This document shows, piece after piece, positions 53,422 through 62,585 of a stretch of 64,000 nt of DNA. The position numbers and the translations under genes are program-made. The stretch lies in the NCBI GenBank assembly GCA_002269645.1, contig NIVC01000318.1, positions 1-64,000 of the forward strand, in the 5' to 3' direction. Under the pieces are notes generated by a model. The model was not told where the DNA came from. It made no database searches and worked only from the letters and a program-made list of their open reading frames with translations. The number at the start of each line of letters is the position of its first letter. The first letter of the stretch is position 1. The DNA comes from Macrostomum lignano (lineage: Eukaryota).

Positions 53422-55056
53422 TATGCCAATTATCTCTGATGATTTATTGCAGACTGCTGAATGCCAAGGATTTCAATATCGGTCAATCATTAAAAACTGT
53501 TCATACACATGAAACGTGTACATCATTATGACAAATCAATGGAACTGAATGTTTCGAACTACGAGCGTACATGTATTTATCAGTATTGATCAAAATGACA
53601 CTGTCATTATATAAAATTATCAGCACATTCATACCAGCAATTATAACGTACTAATCAAGTAAATTGTACAATGTATGTTCCCCACAGATCGAACGAAGGC
53701 AATATCGCACTTGATTGCAAATTCACGAGTTCTATACTCAGACTTGAGGTGCCAATAAAAATTAGAAAATTTTTATTAATTTCTATTTATTTATTAAATA
53801 ATTATACACAAGCAGTAAGTCTGTTATACTTCAGTTCATTGCTAATAAGTTTCCTATTTTGTTTCTTTGTTGACGTACAGTGCACATGTATTCAGTAGTG
53901 CGTAGCCAAACGTGTAGCAATGTACATGTACAAGCGCAAAGTGTACAAGCTCGAAAGTAACTTCAAATCGTCACGATGTGAAAATTAGCCTTGCTGTCCA
54001 ACAGCAAACCAAACAGTAGGAATATTAAGCTGTTTTTCCTCCCGTCGATGCAGGCACACGAAACTGGAAAAGTCAGTCTAAATTTTTGTTGCGCACCTTT
54101 TCAAACAAGAATTAATTTGCCAGCCCGTCTGGACCGTCGAGATATTCAACAATTCTGCCAGAAGGTCGGATTTTTCCTACAGTGCAGTGCGCCTCAGTGC
54201 AGTCTTGCCAAGCCTCTAAATTTCATCAGCAAGTCACCCACGTGTTGATGTGATCTTACATCCGTGTGAAGGGTCAAGATGTCAAGATTGAGAGAAACCT
54301 ATCGGACATTTGAATTGTTTAACTGATCAGAAACAGAGACAATGGGAGACATCGTCAGAGATGGAAGAAAATCAAAAGCATTTGAATGTCTGCATCAGTT
54401 CTGACTTCGTTGGTCACTGGCCTTCAACCAGCTTCTGGACCTTTAACAGGTGGCCCCAGGTGACTGTGGACTATGACATTTTTATGGCGTTTCATTCCGT
54501 TGCAATGAATCAAACTTTCTGGCTGCACACCTGCAAGAAGTAACTTGGCTTGCAGTTTGAAACGGCCCGAAACCAATCTTAATACTGCCTCCCTGAACCC
54601 TCAACACGCACCCACCTACCTATAGACGGGACCATTCTCTCGCAAAGTCAGTCAAGCAGGCAAACGTGAGCAGCATTTGCGCAGGCATGCACAGCAAATA
54701 TAATAAAATAGCAGAAACTGGATTCGATAAGATTGAACCGGAAACTGGTAATTTGGAAGCTAAACGAAGATAGCATCGCGGCCTGTTTTTCGGGTACAGC
54801 GAAGCTAGGGCTCATTTTATCAACGGTTAACTAGATAAACTGCCATGAGAATATCATTAGCAGCTGCTACTTTGTGACGAAATAATAAATCTTAAAGATC
54901 ATTAATTAATTTAGATAATTTAGAACATTTTCTACCTGACAAAGCATTGCAGTGGGTGACACGCTACATGCTACTTACAAGCAGTAGAACTATCTGGATA
55001 TTTTTCTATAAAAATTCTCACTGTGAATAAAATTTGAATCTGCAAAATCGTATCTT

Positions 55057-55493
55057 GCCAGGTCAGTCCTGACACAATATTAGCAAGCTCTCAGTCCTGA
55101 CACAATATTAGCTAGCTCTCAGTCCTGACACAATATTAGCAAGCTCTCAGTCCTGACACAATATTAGCTAGCTCTCAGTCCTGACACAATATTAGCCAGC
55201 TCTCAGTCCTGACACAATATTAGCCAGCTCAGTCCTGACAATATTAGACAGCTCAGTCCCGACACAATATTAGCCAGCTCAGTCCTGACACAATATTAGC
55301 CAGCTCAGTCCTGACAATATTAGACAGCTCAGTCCTGACAATATTAGACAGCTCAGTCCTGACACAATATTAGACAGCTCAGTCCTGACACAATATTAGA
55401 CAGCTCAGTCCTGACACAATATTAGCCAGCTCAGTCCTGACACAATATTAGACAGCTCAGTCCTGACACAATCTTGGCAGCTCAGTCCTGACA
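55057..55493. repeat. 26-bp minisatellite CTCAGTCCTGACACAATATTAGCCAG, left part (Polinton target array)
   Basis: Same unit resumes at 60960; 24- and 28-bp variants present. Confidence 0.95.
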
Positions 55494-55662
55494 AGTAGTA
55501 GGGCGAATTATGATACTGCCGCACTAGCACTGGCGAGATAGGCGGCAATGCAAATGTATAGGGAAAAATACACTGCGGAGATATGAACCCTATCTCTGTG
55601 CATTGGGGACGGCTAAGCACTGCAGAGATATGAGCTCTATCTCTGTGCATTGGGGACGGCTA
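55494..55662 (+). repeat. Left terminal inverted repeat (169 bp)
   Basis: Exact reverse complement of 60791-60959 by manual comparison. Confidence 0.93.
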
Positions 55663-56068
55663 AGCACTGCAGAGATATGAGCTCTATCTCTGTGCATTGG
55701 GGACGGCTAAGCACTGCGGAGATATGAGCTCTATCTCTGTGCACTGGGGACGGCTAAGCACTGCAGAGATATGAGCTCTATCTCTGTGCATTGGGGACGG
55801 CTAAGCACTGCAGAGATATGAGCTCTATCTCTGTGCATTGGGGACGGCTAAGCACTGCGGAGATGTGGGCTCTATCTCTGTGCATTGGGGACGGCTAAGC
55901 ACTGCGGAGATATGAGCTCTATCTCTGTGCATTGGGGACGGCTAAGCACTGCAGAGATATGAGCTCTATCTCTGTGCATTGGGGACGGCTAAGCACTGCA
56001 GAGATATGAGCTCTATCTCTGTGCATTGGGGACGGCTAAGCACTGCAGAGATATGAGCTCTATCTCTG
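55571..56068 (+). repeat. Subterminal 47-bp tandem array GCACTGCAGAGATATGAGCTCTATCTCTGTGCATTGGGGACGGCTAA (~10.5 copies)
   Basis: Direct copies; each unit has an imperfect hairpin AGAGATA..GAGCTC..TATCTCT. Confidence 0.93.
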
Positions 56069-56260
56069 CTTAACACTGGAGTGATAGGAGGAGAGGCGGC
56101 CTATCTCTTTACACTGGAGATGGTTAACACTGCAGAGATAGGAGGAGAGGCGGCCTATCTCTTTGCATTGGGGTGGTTAACACTGCAGAGATAGGATGGA
56201 GTGGGTTAGCTTAGCTGAATGAATGTTAATCTATGTAATTGGAAATAATGTTTGCGAAAG

Positions 56261-56323
56261 AGCCAATCACAGAGCCCGGAGTGGGATGGGTGGTTTGGGG
56301 TGGTTCGGTCGAGGGTATATAAG
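56261..56323 (+). promoter_or_regulatory. Candidate promoter: CCAAT box (56263-56267) and TATA box (TATATAAG, 56316-56323)
   Basis: Canonical motifs and spacing, ~105 nt upstream of ATG 56428. Confidence 0.6.
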
Positions 56324-56427
56324 CCCCGAAATTGACAAGAAAGAATTCTCAATTTTTCAAATCCAAAATTTCATCCGAACTTTTCCTCAGCTTTTAACTT
56401 TTGTGAGTTTTCAATTGCGAAAGGAAA

Positions 56428-57201
56428 ATGGACATCTGTGAAGGCTATAAGGCACAAGTCCAGGAGTTTGAAGGACAAAAATTTATCGCTATTCGCAAGT
56501 TTTACCGACACGGCAGCACGGCAAGTCTGAAGCCAGGCGTCCCAGGATTCAACCTGAATGTTCACCAATGGAAGAAATTGAAGGAGGTGAAACGCTCACT
56601 TGTGATTTCTGCACGCAACAACGAGCCCAAGGTCGTGAAACTCGGCTTCGATAAGTTTGTGGAAGTCAAAGGCGGCATCATTTGGCTCAAACGGCTGCCG
56701 GAAGATTGCTGCGAGGAGTTTTTGAGACGAAACGCCGTACCACTGACTCCGCCGCTGTGGCAGAAGCTCTGGAAAATCGCCTCCTGGATCGACGGTCAGC
56801 TGGTGGCTCCCTTGAGGAACTCAATGCAGTACGAGCTGGAGTCTGATGAGGAAGAGGAGGAAGAGGACAAGAAGCTCAAGTTGGAGGCTGACCAGGACAC
56901 GAAGCCCATAATGGAGACTGATGAGGGCGGAGAGCATGCTGATGACGAGGACGTTAGCTCGCCCACAAGGCCGCGCATTGTGACTGAGCCTATCACATCC
57001 ACACCGATACCTTCGGTTGATTCTGATGCTGGACTGCTTCCGCAGCGGGACACCAACCTTGAGGAAGATCCGGTGTGGTATCAGTTCAGGGCGCATGCAG
57101 CGGCTTCGACGGTGAGCAGCAGCAGCAGGAAGCGAAAGCTGCCATTTCAACTTCGTCGGCAGGACGCGATGAGGCTGCCCAATGTTCGCTTTGATAACTG
57201 A
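56428..57201 (+). CDS. PC4/Sub1-like ssDNA-binding protein (probably two PC4 repeats plus an acidic tail)
   Basis: AQVQEFEGQKFIAIRKFY..LKPGVPGFNLNVHQWKKLKE matches the PC4 pattern V..F.G...IDIRE.Y...KPG.KGISL...QW..LK; a second degenerate copy follows. Confidence 0.7.
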   Translation: MDICEGYKAQVQEFEGQKFIAIRKFYRHGSTASLKPGVPGFNLNVHQWKKLKEVKRSLVISARNNEPKVVKLGFDKFVEVKGGIIWLKRLPEDCCEEFLRRNAVPLTPPLWQKLWKIASWIDGQLVAPLRNSMQYELESDEEEEEEDKKLKLEADQDTKPIMETDEGGEHADDEDVSSPTRPRIVTEPITSTPIPSVDSDAGLLPQRDTNLEEDPVWYQFRAHAAASTVSSSSRKRKLPFQLRRQDAMRLPNVRFDN

Positions 57202-57527
57202 ACAGCTAGAATGCTTTGAATGCATTGGACTAACTAAATTACTTTTAGCTTGCACATGATTATCCAGCCTATATCTGACGGCACTATGCTGTTTTTTATC
57301 TCTGCTATTTCTGAAATGCTAGTGTGCGAGTGTTTTAGTGTTCGTTTTTATGGATTGTTTGCTTTCGGAAAATACACCGACTGTTACGATGTTAGAGGTT
57401 TCAATCTGACAGTAATAAATTAATTTGCCACTCGTTTCTCTATCATTTAATTGGAATATAAATTTCTACTTAAGAAAAAATACTGTACAGCTAGAGCAGG
57501 TGGATAGGCACGTATCTTGATAAACCC

Positions 57528-58598
57528 ATGATGGAGAAAATTTATTTGAAACCTGAGCAACCGGCCAGTTTTTCTTGTGCCTCAAAGTTGCTGCATGAAG
57601 TGAGGCAAAGAGGTGATCGAATATCTGCAAAGAGCATTGAGCAGTGGCTCAGCGAGCAGCCAGTGCACACTCTGCACAAGCCAGCTAGGAGGCGATATCC
57701 AAGGGCCCCAATCATAGTGCGCGCAATCGATGATCAGTGGGAACTTGACTTAGTGGAAATGATTCCATTCGCAAAGCATAATAAAGGCTACAAATATATT
57801 CTCACATGCATTGACGTGCTCTCAAAATGTGCTTGGGCCAAGGCACTGAAAAATAAATCTGCTGCAGAAGTGAAGTCAGCATTCGAGAGCATACTGAGAA
57901 GTTCAAAGCGACAGCCACGCACAGTTCGCACAGATCAGGGGAAGGAATTTATCAACTCCACTTTCCGTCAATACTGCATTGACAGAGGGATTCTGGCTTT
58001 CCCAACTAACAGCGAGCAGAAGGCGGCTGTCATTGAGCGATGGAATCGGACTCTGAAAAGTAGAATGTGGCGCTACTTCACCTACAAGAGCACACTGCAC
58101 TGGCTTGATGTACTGCCTAAGCTGGTAAAATCCTACAACAATACCTACCACAGAAGCATCAAAATGGCACCCACTAGTGTCTGCAAAGAGAATGAATCTG
58201 AAGTGTGGATGAACCTGTACGATGGAAAAGCAGCCGAGACTCTAGAAAAATTAAAGAAGCCTAAGTTCGCTGAAAACCAGTCAGTGAGAATTTCCAATGC
58301 TCCACGGCTATTCAAAAAGGGATACAAAGCGAGCTGGAGTGAGGAAGTGTACACCGTGGTGAGCAGAGCCCCAAAACATTACCCCTACATGTACAAGATT
58401 AAAGACATGCGGGGGCAAGAGATTCGAGGACTCTTCCATGAGCACGAGCTGCAGGCTGTTCCGGACTCACAGCGGCTGTATGTGATTGAGAAGATCCTGA
58501 AAACGGAGAAGCGGAAGGGAAAGATTCGCTATCTGGTGAAGTGGGCCGGCTACGACTCGACTGGCTGGGTGGATGAAAAAGACTTAAGAAAGGTTTAG
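57528..58598 (+). CDS. Retroviral-like (DDE) integrase with C-terminal chromodomain-like region
   Basis: WELDLVEM (D), VRTDQGKEF (D), KAAVIERWNRTLK (E), YNNTYHRSIKMAP; C-terminal YVIEKIL..YLVKWAGYD..WVDEKDL. Intact 356-aa ORF. Confidence 0.95.
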   Translation: MMEKIYLKPEQPASFSCASKLLHEVRQRGDRISAKSIEQWLSEQPVHTLHKPARRRYPRAPIIVRAIDDQWELDLVEMIPFAKHNKGYKYILTCIDVLSKCAWAKALKNKSAAEVKSAFESILRSSKRQPRTVRTDQGKEFINSTFRQYCIDRGILAFPTNSEQKAAVIERWNRTLKSRMWRYFTYKSTLHWLDVLPKLVKSYNNTYHRSIKMAPTSVCKENESEVWMNLYDGKAAETLEKLKKPKFAENQSVRISNAPRLFKKGYKASWSEEVYTVVSRAPKHYPYMYKIKDMRGQEIRGLFHEHELQAVPDSQRLYVIEKILKTEKRKGKIRYLVKWAGYDSTGWVDEKDLRKV

Positions 58599-58617
58599 CT
58601 TTGGCACATCCCTCATC

Positions 58618-59445
58618 ATGAAGTTTATCTTTATAATGCGAACTATTTTGATTAACAGTGAGCATGCTGAAGGTACTCCTTGTGACTTTAATTTTTACCT
58701 GTCTTCACCTATTTACTTGGATCGAAATGTGGACTATGAGGCAGGTCTGGCTGAAATCCATCTGCCTGCTGCATGGTTCAATGTTGACGAGCCTTACTGC
58801 TTCACTGTCTCAGATGGAAGAGAGCATGAGGCCCTGGTTCTTCAACCCGGACGCTTTGCTAGAGTGGAGGAGCTGGTGGAGCGGCTGAATGAGCTGCTGG
58901 CCAACTCTGATTCGCTGTTCTTTGATGCAATGAGTGACAGGGAGTCTGAGATGGAGGCTGATGAGTCCGGCCTGATGGGGCGTAGTGGCAACAGGGAATT
59001 TGGTATGAAGTTCGAAATCCGCAACTCACGAACTGTGGTGCACAACAACACTGCGAGAGCAGAGCTGTTTCTTCCATCCAGCAAAATTCTGCATTGGCTG
59101 GGATTTGGAAACCAGGCTGTGAAAATCCAGCCAGGGAGCCGCGTGTCCGAGCATTGCACTGGCTGCCCGCGCACCAGCTTAATCAATGTGCACTGCAGTA
59201 TCGTTGAGTCAACTAATTGCAACTGGAGCTCCTTGTTGAGAACAGTTGGAATGAAAGCCGGCATTGAATGGGGCAACTATCAAACAAAAATATTTAAGAA
59301 AACAATATTCTTCCCGATTCAACGAATCAGTCTTCTCCACAGCATTCGAGTTCAGCTCCGTGACATCTATGGTTGCCCACTGATTGCACAGACTCACAGC
59401 CCTGTTCTGCTTACAGTTCAAATTCAGGAGAAACGCATTCAATGA
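58618..59445 (+). CDS. Putative Polinton minor capsid (penton-like) protein
   Basis: N-terminal INS....TPCDFNFYLSSPIYL...YEAGLAEIHLP and C-terminal INVHCSIVE..LLRTV..FFPIQ..IRVQLRD..G resemble Polinton mCP motifs; lies between integrase and MCP. Confidence 0.7.
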   Translation: MKFIFIMRTILINSEHAEGTPCDFNFYLSSPIYLDRNVDYEAGLAEIHLPAAWFNVDEPYCFTVSDGREHEALVLQPGRFARVEELVERLNELLANSDSLFFDAMSDRESEMEADESGLMGRSGNREFGMKFEIRNSRTVVHNNTARAELFLPSSKILHWLGFGNQAVKIQPGSRVSEHCTGCPRTSLINVHCSIVESTNCNWSSLLRTVGMKAGIEWGNYQTKIFKKTIFFPIQRISLLHSIRVQLRDIYGCPLIAQTHSPVLLTVQIQEKRIQ

Positions 59446-59819
59446 ACTACCAGCAGCTAATCCAGCAATATTCGGGGGTGAGGACAGGACACGAAAAGCC
59501 TGCACTCTATGGCTGTGGGAGCTTCCCAGGGATCATGACATACCAGCCTCCGCCAGCGGCTATATCATCATCATCAGCCTCGACGCTTAGCAACGTCAGG
59601 CGCAAAAGAAATACTGAAGCAAGTCCGAAACGATTGAAGAAAAAGAAGGGCACCCGAAAGGCAACTGGTGGAAATCGCAGTAAGAGGTCGAGCAAGGCTA
59701 GTGGGAAAAAGCTTAAGAATAGGAAGACGAAAGCAAAGAAGAATAGAGCAGGCGGAGGAAAGCGAAAGCAAAAAGTCAGCAAGAAAACTGTGAAACGCGT
59801 GCTCGACTCTCTGTCATAG
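59442..59819 (+). CDS. Small Lys/Arg-rich protein (putative DNA-condensing core protein)
   Basis: 125 aa from ATG 59442, overlapping the upstream stop (ATGA); very basic C-terminal two-thirds. Confidence 0.6.
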   Translation: MNYQQLIQQYSGVRTGHEKPALYGCGSFPGIMTYQPPPAAISSSSASTLSNVRRKRNTEASPKRLKKKKGTRKATGGNRSKRSSKASGKKLKNRKTKAKKNRAGGGKRKQKVSKKTVKRVLDSLS

Positions 59820-59821
59820 AC

Positions 59822-60793
59822 ATGGCTTACGGATTCAATCCCAGACTTGATTTATTTAAGACGCCCGTTCTACAAACCTGCATTGAAAAAGCTACTTATG
59901 TTGATATTCACCCAGTTAATTCCATTGTTGCAAACTCTCCCATTGAATTTGACTGCCACCAATCTGCCGATGAATACACAGATCTGCTGAATTCTTTTCT
60001 TTATATTCGCTGCCGCCTTGTGAGACTGGATGGGGGTTTGCTGAGGGAGGATGTTCGAGATGGAGATGGCATCATCACCGAGCGCAGAGACAGTGACGTG
60101 CACCCAGAAAATTTTGTTCTGTCTACAGTCTTCTCAGATGTAATTGTGAGCATTAACCAGCGAGTGGTGTCTGGTGGAGACCAGCTCTATCCCTACCATG
60201 CGTACTTCAAAGCACTAATGAGCTCATCCGATGCCCAGCAACTAAAACTTTACCCTGCTGGCTTCCTGGAGCCGGACTCGGCAGCTGAAGAGCACACGGA
60301 GAGCCACAGGGAATCCCGATGGATGGAGTATGCGGGGCCGCTCTTCAGCGATGTTTTCCAGTGCCCAGTGTTTCTGCTAAACAATCTGCACTTGAACATC
60401 AAACTGGTGCCCAGCGATGGGGCCTTTGCCATCAGAACCCCGAATGCAAACAACGCGGCATACCGAATGGAAATCTCTCACTGCATTCTGCATCTTCGCC
60501 GAGTCAAAGTGGTGCCCCACATCAGCCTGGCCCATGAGCAGGGGCTGACAAACCAAAATGCACTGTATCCCGTCGAGCGAACTGAAATGCAGAACTTCAT
60601 CCTACCCCAGGGTATTCAGTCAAAAAACATTGAAGGATTCACTCATGGAAAATTGCCGAAGTTCATCATGCTGGCCTTCGTGAGCCACCGAGCATTCAAC
60701 GGTCATCATCACGCGAGCCCGTTCCAGTTCCAGAGCTTCAACCTTAGCCGATTGGCTCTAAAGAAAGGTGGGGAAACCGTGTGCCACGGCTAG
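59822..60793 (+). CDS. Polinton major capsid protein, C-terminally truncated by the right TIR
   Basis: LDLFKTPVLQTCIE..YVDIHPVNSI...SPIEF....DEYTDL.NSFLY.R....DG and YPYHAY, PKFIMLAFV..AFNG....PF.FQ.FN match the Polinton MCP pattern. The stop TAG is the first 3 nt of the TIR. Confidence 0.82.
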   Translation: MAYGFNPRLDLFKTPVLQTCIEKATYVDIHPVNSIVANSPIEFDCHQSADEYTDLLNSFLYIRCRLVRLDGGLLREDVRDGDGIITERRDSDVHPENFVLSTVFSDVIVSINQRVVSGGDQLYPYHAYFKALMSSSDAQQLKLYPAGFLEPDSAAEEHTESHRESRWMEYAGPLFSDVFQCPVFLLNNLHLNIKLVPSDGAFAIRTPNANNAAYRMEISHCILHLRRVKVVPHISLAHEQGLTNQNALYPVERTEMQNFILPQGIQSKNIEGFTHGKLPKFIMLAFVSHRAFNGHHHASPFQFQSFNLSRLALKKGGETVCHG

Positions 60794-60959
60794 CCGTCCC
60801 CAATGCACAGAGATAGAGCTCATATCTCTGCAGTGCTTAGCCGTCCCCAATGCACAGAGATAGGGTTCATATCTCCGCAGTGTATTTTTCCCTATACATT
60901 TGCATTGCCGCCTATCTCGCCAGTGCTAGTGCGGCAGTATCATAATTCGCCCTACTACT
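60791..60959 (-). repeat. Right terminal inverted repeat (169 bp)
   Basis: Reverse complement of 55494-55662; holds only ~2 of the 47-bp units. Confidence 0.93.
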
Positions 60960-61781
60960 CTGACACAATATTAGCCAGCTCAGTCCTGACACAATATTAG
61001 CCAGCTCAGTCCTGACACAATATTAGCCAGCTCAGTCCTGACAATATTAGACAGCTCAGTCCTGACACAATATTAGACAGCTCAGTCCTGACACAATATT
61101 AGACAGCTCAGTCCTGACACAATATTAGACAGCTCAGTCCTGACACAATATTAGCCAGCTCAGTCCTGACACAATATTAGCCAGCTCAGTCCTGACAATA
61201 TTAGACAGCTCAGTCCTGACACAATCTTGGCAGCTCAGTCCTGACACAATATTAGCCAGCTCAGTCCTGACACAATATTAGACAGCTCAGTCCTGACACA
61301 ATATTAGACAGCTCAGTCCTGACACAATATTAGCCAGCTCAGTCCTGACACAATATTAGCCAGCTCAGTCCTGACAATATTAGACAGCTCAGTCCTGACA
61401 CAATCTTGGCAGCTCAGTCCTGACACAATATTAGCCAGCTCAGTCCTGACACAATATTAGCCAGCTCTCAGTCCTGACACAATATTAGCCAGCTCAGTCC
61501 TGACACAATATTAGCCAGCTCAGTCCCGACACAATATTAGCCAGCTCAGTCCTGACACAATATTAGCCAGCTCAGTCCCGACACAATATTAGCCAGCTCA
61601 GTCCTGACACAATATTAGCCAGCTCAGTCCTGACACAATATTAGCCAGCTCTCAGTCCTGACACAATATTAGCCAGCTCTCAGTCCTGACACAATATTAG
61701 CCAGCTCAGTCCTGACACAATATTAGCTAGCTCAGTCCTGACACAATATTAGCTAGCTCAGTCCTGACACAATATTGGCAG
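60960..61781. repeat. 26-bp minisatellite CTCAGTCCTGACACAATATTAGCCAG, right part
   Basis: Continuation of the 55057-55493 array after the TSD. Confidence 0.95.
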
Positions 61782-62264
61782 TCCTTGAACACACGGTGAC
61801 AAAAAAGCTACTAACAAAGGGTGTCCAATGCTCCCAAAAGCAGTTACAGATGCCAATAAAGCAACGCTGCACAAGGCAATGCAGGGAGTTTTATTGTCTG
61901 AAAAAGGCAGAATCAAATGTTGTCAACACTGCAGTTGCAGGTGCTACAAGCAAAGCTAGCAGGAAAAAAACTGTGATAGGATCTGCATGAAACAACAGAA
62001 AATTCAATTGGTTAGAAACAGCGCAGCGGAAACAGTTTTGACCCAAAGCCCCCCACCCCCAACATCATCATTACTCAATTAGCCGAGGTCAATCAATAAT
62101 CGAAGATAATTTAATCCACACCAAATATAAAATGCAAGCCAGGTGTAAAAAATGAGTTGCTTGATGAAAGTTTGTTTGAATTAAATTGTTTATTTTTGCA
62201 TCAGAGACAATTTCTAACTTATAAAAACATAAAAGAACAGGATACGAATATCAGCAATTTCAGT

Positions 62265-62480
62265 ATGAGGGAAATTGGGGATTTCAATCTGATGGAAATT
62301 GGGGATTTCAATATGAAGGAATGGGGATTTCAGTGTGAGGGAAATTGGGGATTTCAGTGTGAGGGAAATTAGGGATTTCGATCTGAGGGAAATTGGGGAT
62401 TTCATTCTGAGGGAAATTAGGGAGTTCAACTCGAAGGAAATTAGGGATTTCAGTGTGAGGGAAATTGGGGATTTCAGGGC
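62265..62480. repeat. ~24-bp degenerate tandem repeat GAGGGAAATTGGGGATTTCAGTGT
   Basis: About 9 copies. Confidence 0.8.
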
Positions 62481-62585
62481 ATGGGATTAAAGACTCAAAC
62501 GCAAAACAGGGATTTAAGTGTAAGCATTATCTGAGCACTAGGATCCGAGACGGGGACGCCATCAGTTCGTTCCCCAATTAGCAAT

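Larger units (their letters stand above)
55494..60959 (+). mobile_element. Polinton/Maverick-type element, 5466 bp, internally deleted (no pPolB, packaging ATPase or protease)
   Basis: Termini AGTAGTAGGG...CCCTACTACT, identical 169-bp TIRs and 6-bp TSD CTGACA (55488-55493, 60960-60965). Encodes a retroviral-type integrase with chromodomain and capsid-like ORFs. Confidence 0.92.

Noticed and set aside
51710-56068. Regular 41-bp and 47-bp repeat arrays as CRISPR-like arrays
   Set aside because: Units are contiguous with no unique spacers, there are no cas genes and the context is eukaryotic.
57528-58598. Integrase as part of an LTR retrotransposon or Ginger element
   Set aside because: No gag, RT, RNase H or LTRs; flanking capsid genes, AGTAGT TIRs and a 6-bp TSD indicate a Polinton.
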